The notes beneath the pieces were generated by a model. The model had not been told where the DNA came from. It did not search any database and saw nothing but the letters and a program-made list of their open reading frames with translations. The position numbers were made by a program, and so were the translations under genes. A stretch of DNA of 64,000 nt from NCBI GenBank assembly GCA_036172245.1, contig JAYWIR010000019.1, positions 1,736,001-1,800,000 on the forward strand, read 5' to 3'. Below are positions 1-10,599 of the stretch, piece by piece. Source of the stretch: Raillietiella orientalis (Eukaryota). Each line of letters starts with the position of its first letter. Within the stretch, counting starts at the first letter, position 1.

Positions 1-1680
1 TAAAGGGAGACTCTGGCAACCCTGCCAAGCCCGTTCCCCTGGCACGCTTGCAGTGTCGGCTTACTCGGAGATCTGCTTCTGCTGCTTCCCATGTCCGTTT
101 CGGCGTCAGCACGCGAGAACTTCGAGCTCTTAAGCCGCGGGACGCTGCTTGGAAGGAATAAGGCGGAGTCGTCGGTGGTTGCAGTTGGTGCGGGATGGGC
201 CGGACGTTCCGGACTAAATCCGCTTGGGGATCTCGACGGGCGGGTACATCAAGTACCTTGGGGTTCCGTTGGGACTTCTGCGTCGCCGAAGCACCCCACT
301 TTCCGGCCGTCTCCAAAAAGTGGAGATGGCGTTCGGTCCATTCCAGAACTTGCAGGAACGAGCCGCTGTGTGGAACGCGTTCGCAGTTCCCCTCCACCGC
401 CCCCTGCTTTTTGTTTTCATCGTCCCACCCAACATCAGGAAACGAACCGAGGACCTTTTGAGGAAAGCCCTGTGGGGCATAGGGAGGTTCTGAGTTCGCT
501 TAAAAGACTTGTGTGCTCCGCGTAAGGATGGTGAACTGATCTCCTTACGCTGGAGCGGATGGAGAGTCAGCTCCAATTCAGAAGACTCGCCCTTGAAGCG
601 AAGTTTTAGGCAACGTCTTGGTACGCATCTGTACACCTCCTCACCAGAAGAGCGACCGGCTCCAAAGGATTAACCTCGTTGCTTGTGACAACAGAGAACA
701 CCTGGATCTTCTGCCTCCGCGCGAGCTGCATTGCCTGGCCTTTCACTTGCCTAGTTTCAGCATGAGGAAAGAACCAAGGCTCGAACGAGAGGGAGTGCAC
801 CTGCCTCCGGAAAAGGAGGTACGCTCCACAGCCCCTGAGGAAGATCGTAAGCAACCCCCGCAGGCTGCGGTGGGCCTCGTTCAACCCCCTTGTCCCAGTG
901 CTGCCCCCTGAAAAACGCTAAGGACAGAGACCTCCCAGCAAGATGGGAAGTGTCCTGCCATATGCAAGGCAGGAGGAAACTTTCAAGCACGTGAACAACT
1001 TGAAAGGAAGCGGGTGCTGTAACCCCGAGTGTTCCGCCGAAAGGACGCTGAGCTGCTCACGATACCTCCGGAGGAGGTGGAGTGGTCCCCGGTGTGCTGG
1101 GACAGCGGTACCCTCCCCCTCAAGTGGCAAGAGGTGGCGTTGTTGTTGTTGCATTGGAGAATCCCATGGAGAGCACGCCTCTCTCACTGGACACCAGGAA
1201 GTGGGATGCCCTTTGTAAAAAATGCGACGAGAGAGAGCTTTTCTTGCACCTTTTGATGGTCTGTGCCGCCCTCCGATCCCTTCGGGATCGTCTGACGACG
1301 ATCCTAGAAATCCCGGTAGGCAACCCCCCCAGGGACGTTTTTCAGCGCCTCTTCGTGCTTGTCTCCCTGCCGCCAGCCGCGTTCTTTAGCAGTCCTCTGC
1401 TGCATTTACAGAATCAAGGCATGCTGAAACGCGGCAAGAGGTCAAAATGTCAGGGACGCCATCCACTAGACGAAGATCATTTTGAAGACCGGGTCGACCT
1501 GGGTAATGTGAAAGCAGCGCTTGTCAGCATCCTGGACAGGATGCAGAGGACGTCTCCTGACGAATAGTGATCCCTTCCCTTCCTTTTCCTCACCAAGAAG
1601 CCTCCTCTCCCACTTTTTTTTCTCTTGGATATAATCCACGTGGTGGGACCGGTGGTCCGACCACGTGCAGTTTACCGGGA
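1..1680 (+). mobile_element. Decayed non-LTR retrotransposon (L1/Tx1-like), 3' part of ORF2 plus start of 3'UTR
   Basis: Frameshifted remnants of the last RT motif (YIKYLGVPL, ~245-271), the thumb region and a zf-RVT-like C-terminus (PLKWQEVALLLLHW ... CKKCDERELFLHLLMVC..LR.L). Stop at 1567 is followed by the family 3'UTR start GTGATCCCTTCC. Homologous to 8255-9775. Confidence 0.75.
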
Positions 1681-1681
1681 G

Positions 1682-2030
1682 CCTTCCAGGTCACTGGTTC
1701 ACAGCCCGATGAGGTCCTCCCCGGCAGCAGAGGGGAAAGGACAAACAAAGAGAAAAAGAAATACAATAAAAATAAATAAACTTTAGGGGGGGGAATGTGC
1801 GGGAAGGGATAACGGTCTGCTGGGGACGGTCCTCTGCATCCTTTGGAGGATGCCGGCAAGGTCTTGCTGCATGGAGTTGTTCAGATGAGGCCATCTCGTT
1901 GCCGTCCTCATGAAGCAGACGACCAAGTGGATGTGGCACCCCTGTCGCTGTGCCCTCCTCTTGCGTCGCTCCAGGCAGCCACGATCCCGCGAGGCAGCAC
2001 AGGACTGCTAGCGAGACTGCCGGCCGAAGT
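1682..2030 (-). mobile_element. 3' fragment of the same L1/Tx1-like family, tail-to-tail with the previous copy
   Basis: Reverse strand encodes LRPAVSLAVLCC..GIVAAWSDA..DR, followed by GTTATCCCTTCCCGC, a T-rich tract and a degenerate 3'UTR hairpin, as in the other copies. Confidence 0.7.
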
Positions 2031-2031
2031 G

Positions 2032-2285
2032 AGTTTTTTTTTTTTTTTTGTGGGTTTCTCTCCCCCTTCGCCGATGGCCTCACCGGTCTGTGTACCGGTT
2101 CTTGGCAAGTCCTTCGCTCTTGGTAGAACCACGTGTTCTACAACGAATATGTAAATCTTACGACTTTTATCACAATTTTTTCACAATAAATGTTCCGACG
2201 AATCCGAGTGTCAAACTATAATATAGCAGTTTATTTTCAATGTCAGTAACCGCTCCGGCGTGTCCGGATAGAAATCGGAGACCAC
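2032..2285 (+). mobile_element. Isolated 3'UTR fragment of the L1/Tx1-like family
   Basis: T-rich tract, hairpin ACCGGT-CTGTGT-ACCGGT (2082-2099) and terminal motif CGCTCCGGCGTGTCCGG...AAATCG (~2251-2278). Confidence 0.55.
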
Positions 2286-3929
2286 CAGGGTGAGGGTTCA
2301 CTTCGGGGTTCACCTACAAATTACACGCCCTATAAAGCGTATAATTTGTAGGGATTACCCTATAAATCTAGGAAGGATTCCTTCCTCCAGAATATCCCCG
2401 GATTCATAGGGTGGACCCTACGGGGTTACCCCGTATAAGTTGAACAGTTACGCGCAGCCTTGGGTGAAATGGATGGTGTCAAAGAGGTTTGCGAGCCTCC
2501 CCTAACGATTCTTTAGCGCTTGGAGAACCAAAAAAAAAAAGCGGGAGGAAAAGCAGTAAGCAGCTGCTAGCGACGCGGCTGTCGGCAGTTCATCCCGCAC
2601 AGGGAGGCGCTGGAAGGTCCCTGTGGTCACCCACTGGGATGTCAGAAAGGGGCGTTCCCAAAGGCACCGGAGGGCTGCACGAGCAGGTGAGAGGGAGATC
2701 CCCGCACCTGCGTTGCTGTCTCAGCGGCCGCAGAGGCGGTGCCGGCGACTCCCTCGCTCGCCTCCACGAAGGTCGCGCCGCTCTCTTGTCACCCGGTTTC
2801 GCCGGAGGTCATGTCGCTCTCCGGGAAACACCCCATCCGTCTCGAGCAATCCGTTTCCTCCGCGGCAGTATTTCCGGGAAGCCCTCCGCCTTGCCTTCCG
2901 CCGCGAGCCTCTCATCGCCGCTTCCTCCGGAAGCACTTCCTCTAGAGCATCGTCCTTTCGTGGTGTCGGCCTTCTGGGCGCCGGAGAGAGCCAATGGCTC
3001 TTCTGGCTCGGGGGACTGCTGCACGTTCGGTGCAACCGCTTTCTCTGCCGCCTCTCCTTCCAGCCTCCCGCTCCCTTCCGTTTCCGCGGCTGCGCGGTTT
3101 CCCAGCAACCCCTCCGCGCATCTTCTTCGGCCTTGCACGCCGCCCCCAGCAGACGCACCTCGTCTTCGGAAACGCCCGGGGGTTGCCCTAAGATTCGCGG
3201 GGCCGGGCCCTGCTCACTTCGCGGACGGGTTCAGCACGTCCCGGGGTGGCTGCTGCCCTTCCTGTGACCGGGATGCAGGGTGGTGCCGGCTGCGGGCCCG
3301 GGGTACACTGCGCGTGCAGTTCCAAACGTGGATGGCCTGGTCGCCTCCGCGTCTCCCGCACGACGGCGGTCCCGACAGGTGGAGCGGTGGTGCCCCGACC
3401 TACGTTCCAGAGCGGGGTGCATCCCGGCCCCTCCCCCTTCTGGTGCGCTCTCTGGCTGCTCGAAAAGCCCGGCGGGGCGCTTTTTCAGCACAGTCTCGAG
3501 CCCCCACCACCACCAGGTGGCGCCTGGTGGCTCGCGTCCACCAAGTACCGGCGAACTCGCCCCTTTTCCCGCTGTCTATGTATACGGTCTCTTCTTTATT
3601 CACTTACTGTCCTCATCCCTTCGTCCACGAGCTCGACCGCCTCGAGCGGGGCTGTGTTGTTCAAGGTCACCCGGAAAAACCCCAGTGAGGCACCTTCGTC
3701 CCACCGAGCCGCTACACGCTCACCGCTGTTAACGTTGGGCGTTCGTTTGAGGTTCCTGTGAAGAGCCGCCTTTCCCCAGTTCTACTGGCGATGGGGCGAG
3801 TTCATGCGGTCGCTTGCCCTTTTGCTGCAGGCCGTGCGGGTAAAGCACCACGCTGTCCTGGCTGTGCCTTTCACGATCCTCTCAAGCAGCGCAGGAAAGT
3901 CCAGGATGGTGCTCTCCCGCACCCACGAA

Positions 3930-4925
3930 TGTCGATTTGCCTCTCCAGGAGTTCTTGCAAGAGGTCCCGGGCGTTGCTCTCATGCCCCCCTCCTCCTCTC
4001 AGCTCCGTTCTCCTGATGAGGAGTTCCTCAGGAAGAACGCGCCCGTCACCCGCACGATGGGGCTGGAACAGGGCACGCCGTCTTTCCCTCGAACAGCTAT
4101 CTCTGGGTGAGTGGAAGACGGGCCAGCTCAAAACCCGAGTACAGCACCCTACAGGCTCTTGCGCTAGGGAGAGCTACTGGGAATTCCGATGGAAGATCTG
4201 CAGTGGTCCCGGTGCTTTTAGACACCCATACCCTTGCCATGAAGTGGCAGCAGTCGGCGCTTCCGCTGCTGCACTGAGGTATCCCTTGCAGCGCCCGCCG
4301 GCATCACTGGACACGGTGTGTGTGTGGACCCCAGCTGTGGCAGGTGCTGGGAACGTGAATCCGTCCCCAACCTGCTAGTGGACTGTGTTGCACTCTGAGC
4401 CCTCTGAGAACGCCTTGCCGCGGCTCAGGGAACTCTCGGAGGCAACTCCAGGGACGCTTCAAAACCCCTCTTCGTTTGCGATGCCTTCGGCCAGCGGCCT
4501 CTCTGGCAGTCCTGTGCTGCCTACGCGGGATCGTCGCTGCATGGAGCAAAGCAATACCTAGCGATAGGGATACCATCTACTCCGCCGTCCTTTTCATCAG
4601 AATAGCAACACGATGGCCCTACTTGGAAAGGAATATCCAGCAAGACCTTGCTGGTATCCTACAGAGAATAGAAAGGACCGACACCAACAGACAGTGATCC
4701 CTTCCCGCACTCCTCCCTCTCTCAAGTGTGTTTATTTTTATTTTTTATTTCTTTTTTTTCTCTTTTTGTGTGTCCTCTCACCTCTGTTGCAGTGGTGGAC
4801 CGCACCAGTCTGCGAACCGGTGATAAGGCAGACTCCATTAAATTGTGCGTGATTGAACCACAGTTCTCGTCATATTTTATTTTCGAAATAAACGCCCCGG
4901 CGCACCCCGGTAAGAATCGAACAGC
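3930..4925 (+). mobile_element. Decayed L1/Tx1-like retrotransposon 3' end
   Basis: Remnant GHGVCVDPSCGRCWERESVPNLLVDCVAL...LRPAASLAVLCCLRGIVAAWS...RWPYL. 3'UTR GTGATCCCTTCCC at 4694, hairpin 4804-4821, AATAAACGCCCCGG at ~4887. Closely similar to the reverse copy at 6505-7640. Confidence 0.75.
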
Positions 4926-4929
4926 CTTA

Positions 4930-6500
4930 TCAGGATCGCCGTTCTGGGCGCGTCTTCCATTCCGGTCGCCTGCCTCTCCACTCTTCAACTCTAGACAAGG
5001 GTGCGGCAGGTGTGGATGTGAAGGTCGCCTTCAGCAGACCATTCGCACGCAGAGCTCTGGTTCTCGTCAAGGTCGTGCCGCACAGGATGCTTCTGCTCTG
5101 GAACATCAGGAGGCAGTCCTGAATGTCCGGCGGCAAGGAGGGACTCCACGGGACCTTCCCTAAAGCCTGCGGATCGAGGGCGGTGCACCTTCTAGTCTGC
5201 TGGTCAGCCTTCCCGTGGCTTCCGACGGGTTGACCTCTTCTGTTTTCAAACTGTTCACCTGGGGGTTCATTCAAGACCACTGCCTGCTTTGGGCTCGCCA
5301 ATGTTTGTGGGTCCTGTGGGTCCTCCTCCCCTCCGGTGCTTTCTTGTGCGCGAGGACGCTCCGCGCGTGGATGACTCCGCTGAGCGACAGTCGCTCGCAT
5401 TCCTGGAACGTCTTCTTCGATTTGTGGATCCAGGCTTCTGCGCCCCCAATAGACGTAGCTCGACGGCGGGATCACCTGGGAGAGTTCCTTGTCCCAGGGC
5501 TCCTTGATTCTGGGAGCGGATCCTCAGGTTATCAAGGTCATCAGGAGGCGCTGGATCCCCGGCCATGTTGGATCCGCGCGTGTCCAGTCTCCTGCTGCGA
5601 GCTCCATGGCGGACACGAGGCGGAGGTTCTAGTGCGCCAGTCTTGCGCAGGCGCGGTGGAACGCGAACAGCCAGCCATCTCATACGCTAACGATTCGGAC
5701 CGGATGTCTGAGGTCCCGGAGCGTCACGGCATTGGCGATGTCGTGCACGCCGGTATCTCCTTCCGCATGTGGGCGACATCCATTCCAAGAACCGTCAGAG
5801 ACCGGAAGCCCCTCGAATGCATTTCGTTCACTCAAGGCTGCAGCGCGCGCCTTACGCCGCAGAAGACAAGCTGGTAACGCCCTGGGCGGCGCAGGTACAC
5901 GTAGCGCCGTCTGCCGCTTCCTGCGACGTTCGACACCTCTCCTCCTCCGTCTGTGCCTCCCGTCGTCTCCGGCACGGACCAGAGCTTCCCTGCGCGTAGT
6001 TTCCCTCTCCGGGGGCGCATGCGCCGACAGCGGACCCGATCAAAGAAGCTTCGCCAGACACGAGCGGCGCTGTGGGCCTGGAAGGCCTCAGATCCTGACC
6101 CTACCATCTTCGGAGTTCTGAGCTGCCGACACGCGATGGGAGGCTCGCCTTCCCGTGGTCCAAACGCCTTTCTAAGTTCCCACGAATCCGGGAGAATCTT
6201 CACGAAGTGCCGCCGGATAAGAATCCTTCAAGGTCCTCATCCGAAGGCGGCCAGACAGGTGGCGCGTCAGACTTCAAGCTGAACAGATTGTTCTTGACGC
6301 AAGTTCGATTCATGGCGTACGAGTGTACAATATGACCGGCTCTGCCTTGTCTTTCAGTCTTCCTCTAACAGGTTTTTCGTTCTTCGTGGGTTTCATGAGG
6401 GATCCCTTCCTTCTGCAGCTGTCTCACGTGTTCGTCGATAGATAGCGTCGTCCAGGGGATGCCCTGACCGATGCGTCCAGTAGATGTCCCTGCTGCGCTG
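4930..6500. mobile_element. Very decayed non-LTR fragments, possibly RLE-type
   Basis: + strand WARLP...GCGRCGCEG (~4945-5025) resembles the CCHC region of RLE elements. - strand 5600-5800 has zinc-finger-like remnants (WMSPTCGRRY; CSRSTAPAQDWRT). Motifs are broken, so the call is weak. Confidence 0.25.
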
Positions 6501-6504
6501 GGTG

Positions 6505-7640
6505 GGTGAGGCCACCTGGTCACACCGGGGCGTTTATTGAGTAAAAATAAACGTGCAAGTTTCCTGGTGGCGCGAGAAGTGCCCCTTCCCTGCCCCAGAT
6601 GATTTCCCAGAATGACCTACCAGGTCGCCGGTACGCAGACCGGCCGGGCTCACCTCGGCAGCGGAGGGGGATGGCGGAGAAACAAACAGAAAAATAAAAT
6701 AAAAGAATAAATAAAAATAAACACTCTGGAGAGCCAGGAAAGGGTTACTGTCCTCGGGAGAAAGTATGCATTCTTTCCAGGATGTTCTTTTCAGGGTTAC
6801 TGTCCGAATAGGTTCCAGGAGGTGGGGCCATCTGGCCACCGCTATCCGCAGAAAGTAAAAAGCGTAGTGGACGGTGTCCCTATCGTTGGTTCCTCCGTTG
6901 GCGTCGCTCCACACCGCCACAATCCCGCGGAGGCAGCAAAGCGCTGCTGGGGCTGCGGCTAGCTGCAGGGCGTCTCGCACAAAGAGGAGTCGCACAGAGT
7001 CCCTGGGGTTGACGCTGGGGGTTCCAAGGGTATCATAGAAGCGTTCCCAAAGAAATCGGAGGGCAACACAGTCCACTAGCAGGTGGGGGAGGGATTCATG
7101 TTTCCAGCACCTGCCACAGCTCGGGTCCACACACACACCGTGTCCAGTGATGCCGGCGGGCGTTGCAAGGGATACCCCAGTGCAGCAGCGGAAGTGCCGA
7201 CTCCTGTCACTTCACAGCAAGAGTATGGGTGACCAAAAGCACTGGAGCCACTGCAGATGTTCCATCGGAAGTCTCAGTAGCTTGCCCCAGCGCAAAAGTC
7301 CTTTGGGGTGGGAGCACTGAGGGTCACAGCGTCCGTCAGCTGGCCCGCCTTCCATTCGTCCAGTCCTTTTCCCCTCCAGGAGATGTCCACACTGACCTCC
7401 CATCTAGCTGCAAGGCTGCTATCCATATGTTTCCTGATGGAGGGCAGTGCTGCGGCAAGGAAGGTTTGTCAGTCATGCCCACGCATTCTTTAAAGGGTGT
7501 TCCAGGGTCTCCCGGAGCGAACAGTTGCTATGTCCCGGAACAGACGCAGCGCTTGCTGAGCTGTTCCCAACAGCTCAGCAAGCGCTGCGTCTGTTCCGGG
7601 CATAGCTCGTTAGCTGATCTGGATGCACCGTCAGGTGCCT
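6505..7640 (-). mobile_element. Decayed L1/Tx1-like retrotransposon 3' end (best-preserved C-terminus)
   Basis: ORF 6534-7136: CVDPSCGRCWKHESLPHLLVDCVALRFLW...CCLRGIVAVWS...ARWPHL (C-x2-C...H-x4-C zf-RVT-type motif). 3'UTR hairpin 6627-6644; AATAAA hairpin 6531-6553. Confidence 0.78.
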
Positions 7641-8215
7641 CGTTGTTTCCGCATGCCACTTCGGGATACCTGCGACACGGATCACTCCATCATTCCTTGG
7701 ATCCCAGGTTTCCTAGAGGGTCGAAGATTTGCTTTGATTTCGGCCCGAGTCCCTTCTTCCTCAGCGGCAAGGCGATCTCCTGGCACTTCTTTTTCCGTTC
7801 TCTTAGGTGTTGTTAAACGGAGAATTCGAGGATGATCATCTTATTCGCCTTCTGCAGCGCCAGATCAGGCCTTATACTCGAGTCGCAGCCAGGTACCATC
7901 TTGCTCGCCGGCAGCAGCTTCCACTCTGTGGTATCTATTTTCCGCTGCCGACAATCTCGTTACATGGCAGGCATCGTGTCTCGCTGCGTATGGGGAGAGG
8001 GCCGCATGCAGTGATTCAGAATGTGGGGCAGGGTCTCATCCCAAGCTCCGCAGCGAAGGCACGATTTCTTTCTCCTTGGGGTCTCCTTGCTACTCCCTGG
8101 ATAGGCAGCAGTTTCAGTCTTGCAGCATCATATTCAAAGGCCCACGCTGTAAGGCGACTTCCTGGTACAGGTGGGCCGCCGACTCGCGCAAGGGCACAGT
8201 GAAGACAGCACGTCA
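7640..8215 (-). mobile_element. C-terminal fragment of an RLE-type non-LTR element (R2/NeSL/Utopia-like): CCHC finger plus PD-(D/E)xK endonuclease
   Basis: With frameshifts the reverse strand reads WAF..AARLKLLPIQG ... CLRCGAWDETLPHILNHC ... ARHD ... WKLLPASKMVPGCDSSIRPDLALQKANKMIILEFSV ... RERKKKCQEIALPLRKKG. This is the characteristic motif order of restriction-like endonuclease elements. Confidence 0.7.
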
Positions 8216-8254
8216 GCGTGAGCTCGCTCGGGGAGATGGCCGCGAGTGAGATGG

Positions 8255-9775
8255 TCATCGGCGCGTGGAGATTCGATCCAGGATGCAAAGCAGACTTGCC
8301 GTTCGCATCTGGACCTTCTCCTTGGTCACCGGCGTCGGCCGGGAAGAGTGGGTGCGCGTGCCGCGCCGGCGGGGCGCCCACCCCCTGCTCGCCGTGAAAC
8401 GCCTTCGGGAGCAACTGGAACGGGAGCGAATGACCTCCTCTCCGCTCGGGAGCGGATGGGGCGTTAGCTCCAATTTCGAAAACTGGCCCTTGCGTCCAAG
8501 TTGTGGACTACTCCTTGGTGAACTCACCGGCAAAAATCCTCTCCAAGCGAGCAATCGCCTGCGAGGGACTGGCTTCGGTCGTCGCGGCCACCAGGCAAAG
8601 CCTGAGCCACCCCTTCGCCAAATGATTGCCTTGGATCCCCGTCCTTCCCGCGAACTGGACCGCCTGGCTTCAGGAGTCCGTTTCCACATGGGGTAAAATC
8701 ACCAGCAGGAGCGAGGGGTCAGACTGCATCTGCCCCCTTGCTCGTGCCCACGGAACATCAGAGGCGCTTGTATGGCATGGAGGGAGATCCTGGGTATCAT
8801 CAGGAATCTGCTTTAGGCGTCGTTCACCCCCCTTACCCCACCGCTTCTCTCCCTTAGAGGAGCAAAGGACAGCCAACTTCCAGCTAGGTGGGAAGTAACG
8901 TGTCCTATACGGAAAAAGAAGAAAAAGCTGGGTGCGTGGACAACTTGGGAGCTGACGGACGCTGCCACCCCGACTGCCCCTCCAAAATGACTCCTACGCT
9001 GGGTAGAGCTACTTCAAATTCCTCCGAAGGAGGTGCTGGTCCTGGCGTGCTGGAACACAGTGCTACACTCCCCCTAAAGTTTCAGGAGTCGGAGATCCTT
9101 CTGTTGCACTGAGGTCTCCCGTGCAACGCCCGCCGACACCATGGGACCTAGGGGAGTGGGTGAGAGACCCATCTGCAGCAGGCGTGGCGAAAGAGAGTCC
9201 CTCCCCCACCTGCTTGTGGATTGTGTTGCCCTTCGGCCCCTTTGGTTCCGCTTTGCCGCGGCCATCGGAATCCCCTGTGGCAACCCCAGGAACGCTTTAA
9301 AAGCCCTCTTCGTTGCCGACGCCCTCCGGCCAGCGGCCTCGATAGCGGCCTTGTGCTGTCTTCGCGGGATCGTCGCCGCATGGAGCACGGCTATGGGAGG
9401 ACCACGCGAGAAGGATGCCATCCAATGCGCCTCCCAATTCCTGAGGAGGGCGTCGCGACGGCCCCACCTGGATCCTCAAATGCAGCAAGAGCTTGCCGGC
9501 ATCCTGAGAAGGATGATGCGGCCCCAGCAGCAACAGTGATCCCTTCCCGTACCCTCTCACTCTTTTTTTCTTTTTGTTTAGTTGTTTTTGTTTTTCCCCC
9601 TTCCCCTGCTGCCTTGGTGGGCCGTACCGGTCTGCGAACCGGTGACCTGGCAGGCTCCGTGGTTCTTCGTGCTTCGCTGCAGCATTGCTGCAGCCACTGA
9701 CATTTTTACTATAAAGTTTATTTTTTAATAAACGACCCTGAGAAATCCGGGTGAAAATCGACCACAGCGTAGAAC
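8255..9775 (+). mobile_element. Decayed L1/Tx1-like retrotransposon 3' end
   Basis: Homologous to 480-1567 (LQFRKLAL; PLKFQESEILLLH; CSRRGERESLPHLLVDCVALRPLW...CCLRGIVAAWS, stop 9539). Complete 3'UTR module 9537-9773. Confidence 0.78.
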
Positions 9776-10187
9776 GCAGGGGATGCACTTTCGTGCTATA
9801 CGATCCCTATGAGTTACCACATGGATAATGTAACAGGATTTACCAAAGATAGAAAATGTATCTCAAGACGTCATGGTAGTAGGATGTTTATCATCTGGCT
9901 TTAAAAGAAAAAGAGAAAAATTCCAGCTTATTTAGCTTAAAGTACAAAAAAAGAAAGAACGAAAGAAAGAAGCTTCCAGACTTTTCGTGATCGATTTAAG
10001 CAACTCTATCGGTTCAGCTCGCTCTGTTGAAAAATGCACCACTTTGCCATGTTTTATTAACGAAAATTTCAATAAAACAGAATTCGGCACGTTACATTCG
10101 TGTGTTATGTGTTCCTGTAAGAAACAGGTGAACCATGCCACAAAACTGAAATTTATTCACAGTGCATCCACAGCACGGGCCTACTGA

Positions 10188-10322
10188 TTTACGGCGTTGT
10201 ACGAGGACTGACTCCAGTTTTTCCGTCGTGTTATACGGATCCGCGTTGTATGGGGGGGTCTACTGCAGTGCTCACTTCTGGGACGGTTCTCGACGGCTCA
10301 CCCCGTGTTACAGGGATCTACC
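10188..10322. mobile_element. Possible end of a Tc1/mariner (Tigger/pogo-like) MITE remnant
   Basis: Reverse complement of ~10228-10265 reads CAGTAGACCCCCCCATACAACGCGGATCCGTATAACACG, a CAGT-starting terminus with repeated subterminal (A)TA(C)AAC(G/A)CG motifs. Related motifs at 10195 and 10304. Opposite terminus not found. Confidence 0.3.
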
Positions 10323-10599
10323 ACCTTGTCAGTAGAGGAACCGTAGAACGAGCCGCCCACCGCTTGCTTTAGGGACACTTTTCGTTTAGCAAATTTCGTG
10401 GGAAGCAGGAAAAGAAAGAGAAAAACAAGGCAACTTGAAGGATTCCGAACCAAAGTCGTCATGCATGCGCGGATATCATGATCGGGAGTCCAATATCGAG
10501 GTCACAACCTTCTTTCTTCCAGCGAAAGAAGATACACAGGGTCTGTTCCACCGGTGACCGTACCGGCCATTGACTGAAATGAACTTTGGGGAGTCGCTC

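Noticed and set aside
2489..3688. 399-aa ORF as retrotransposon ORF1 or a host gene
   Set aside because: Low-complexity GC-rich frame with no gag-like CCHC, RRM or other motif that I could recognise.
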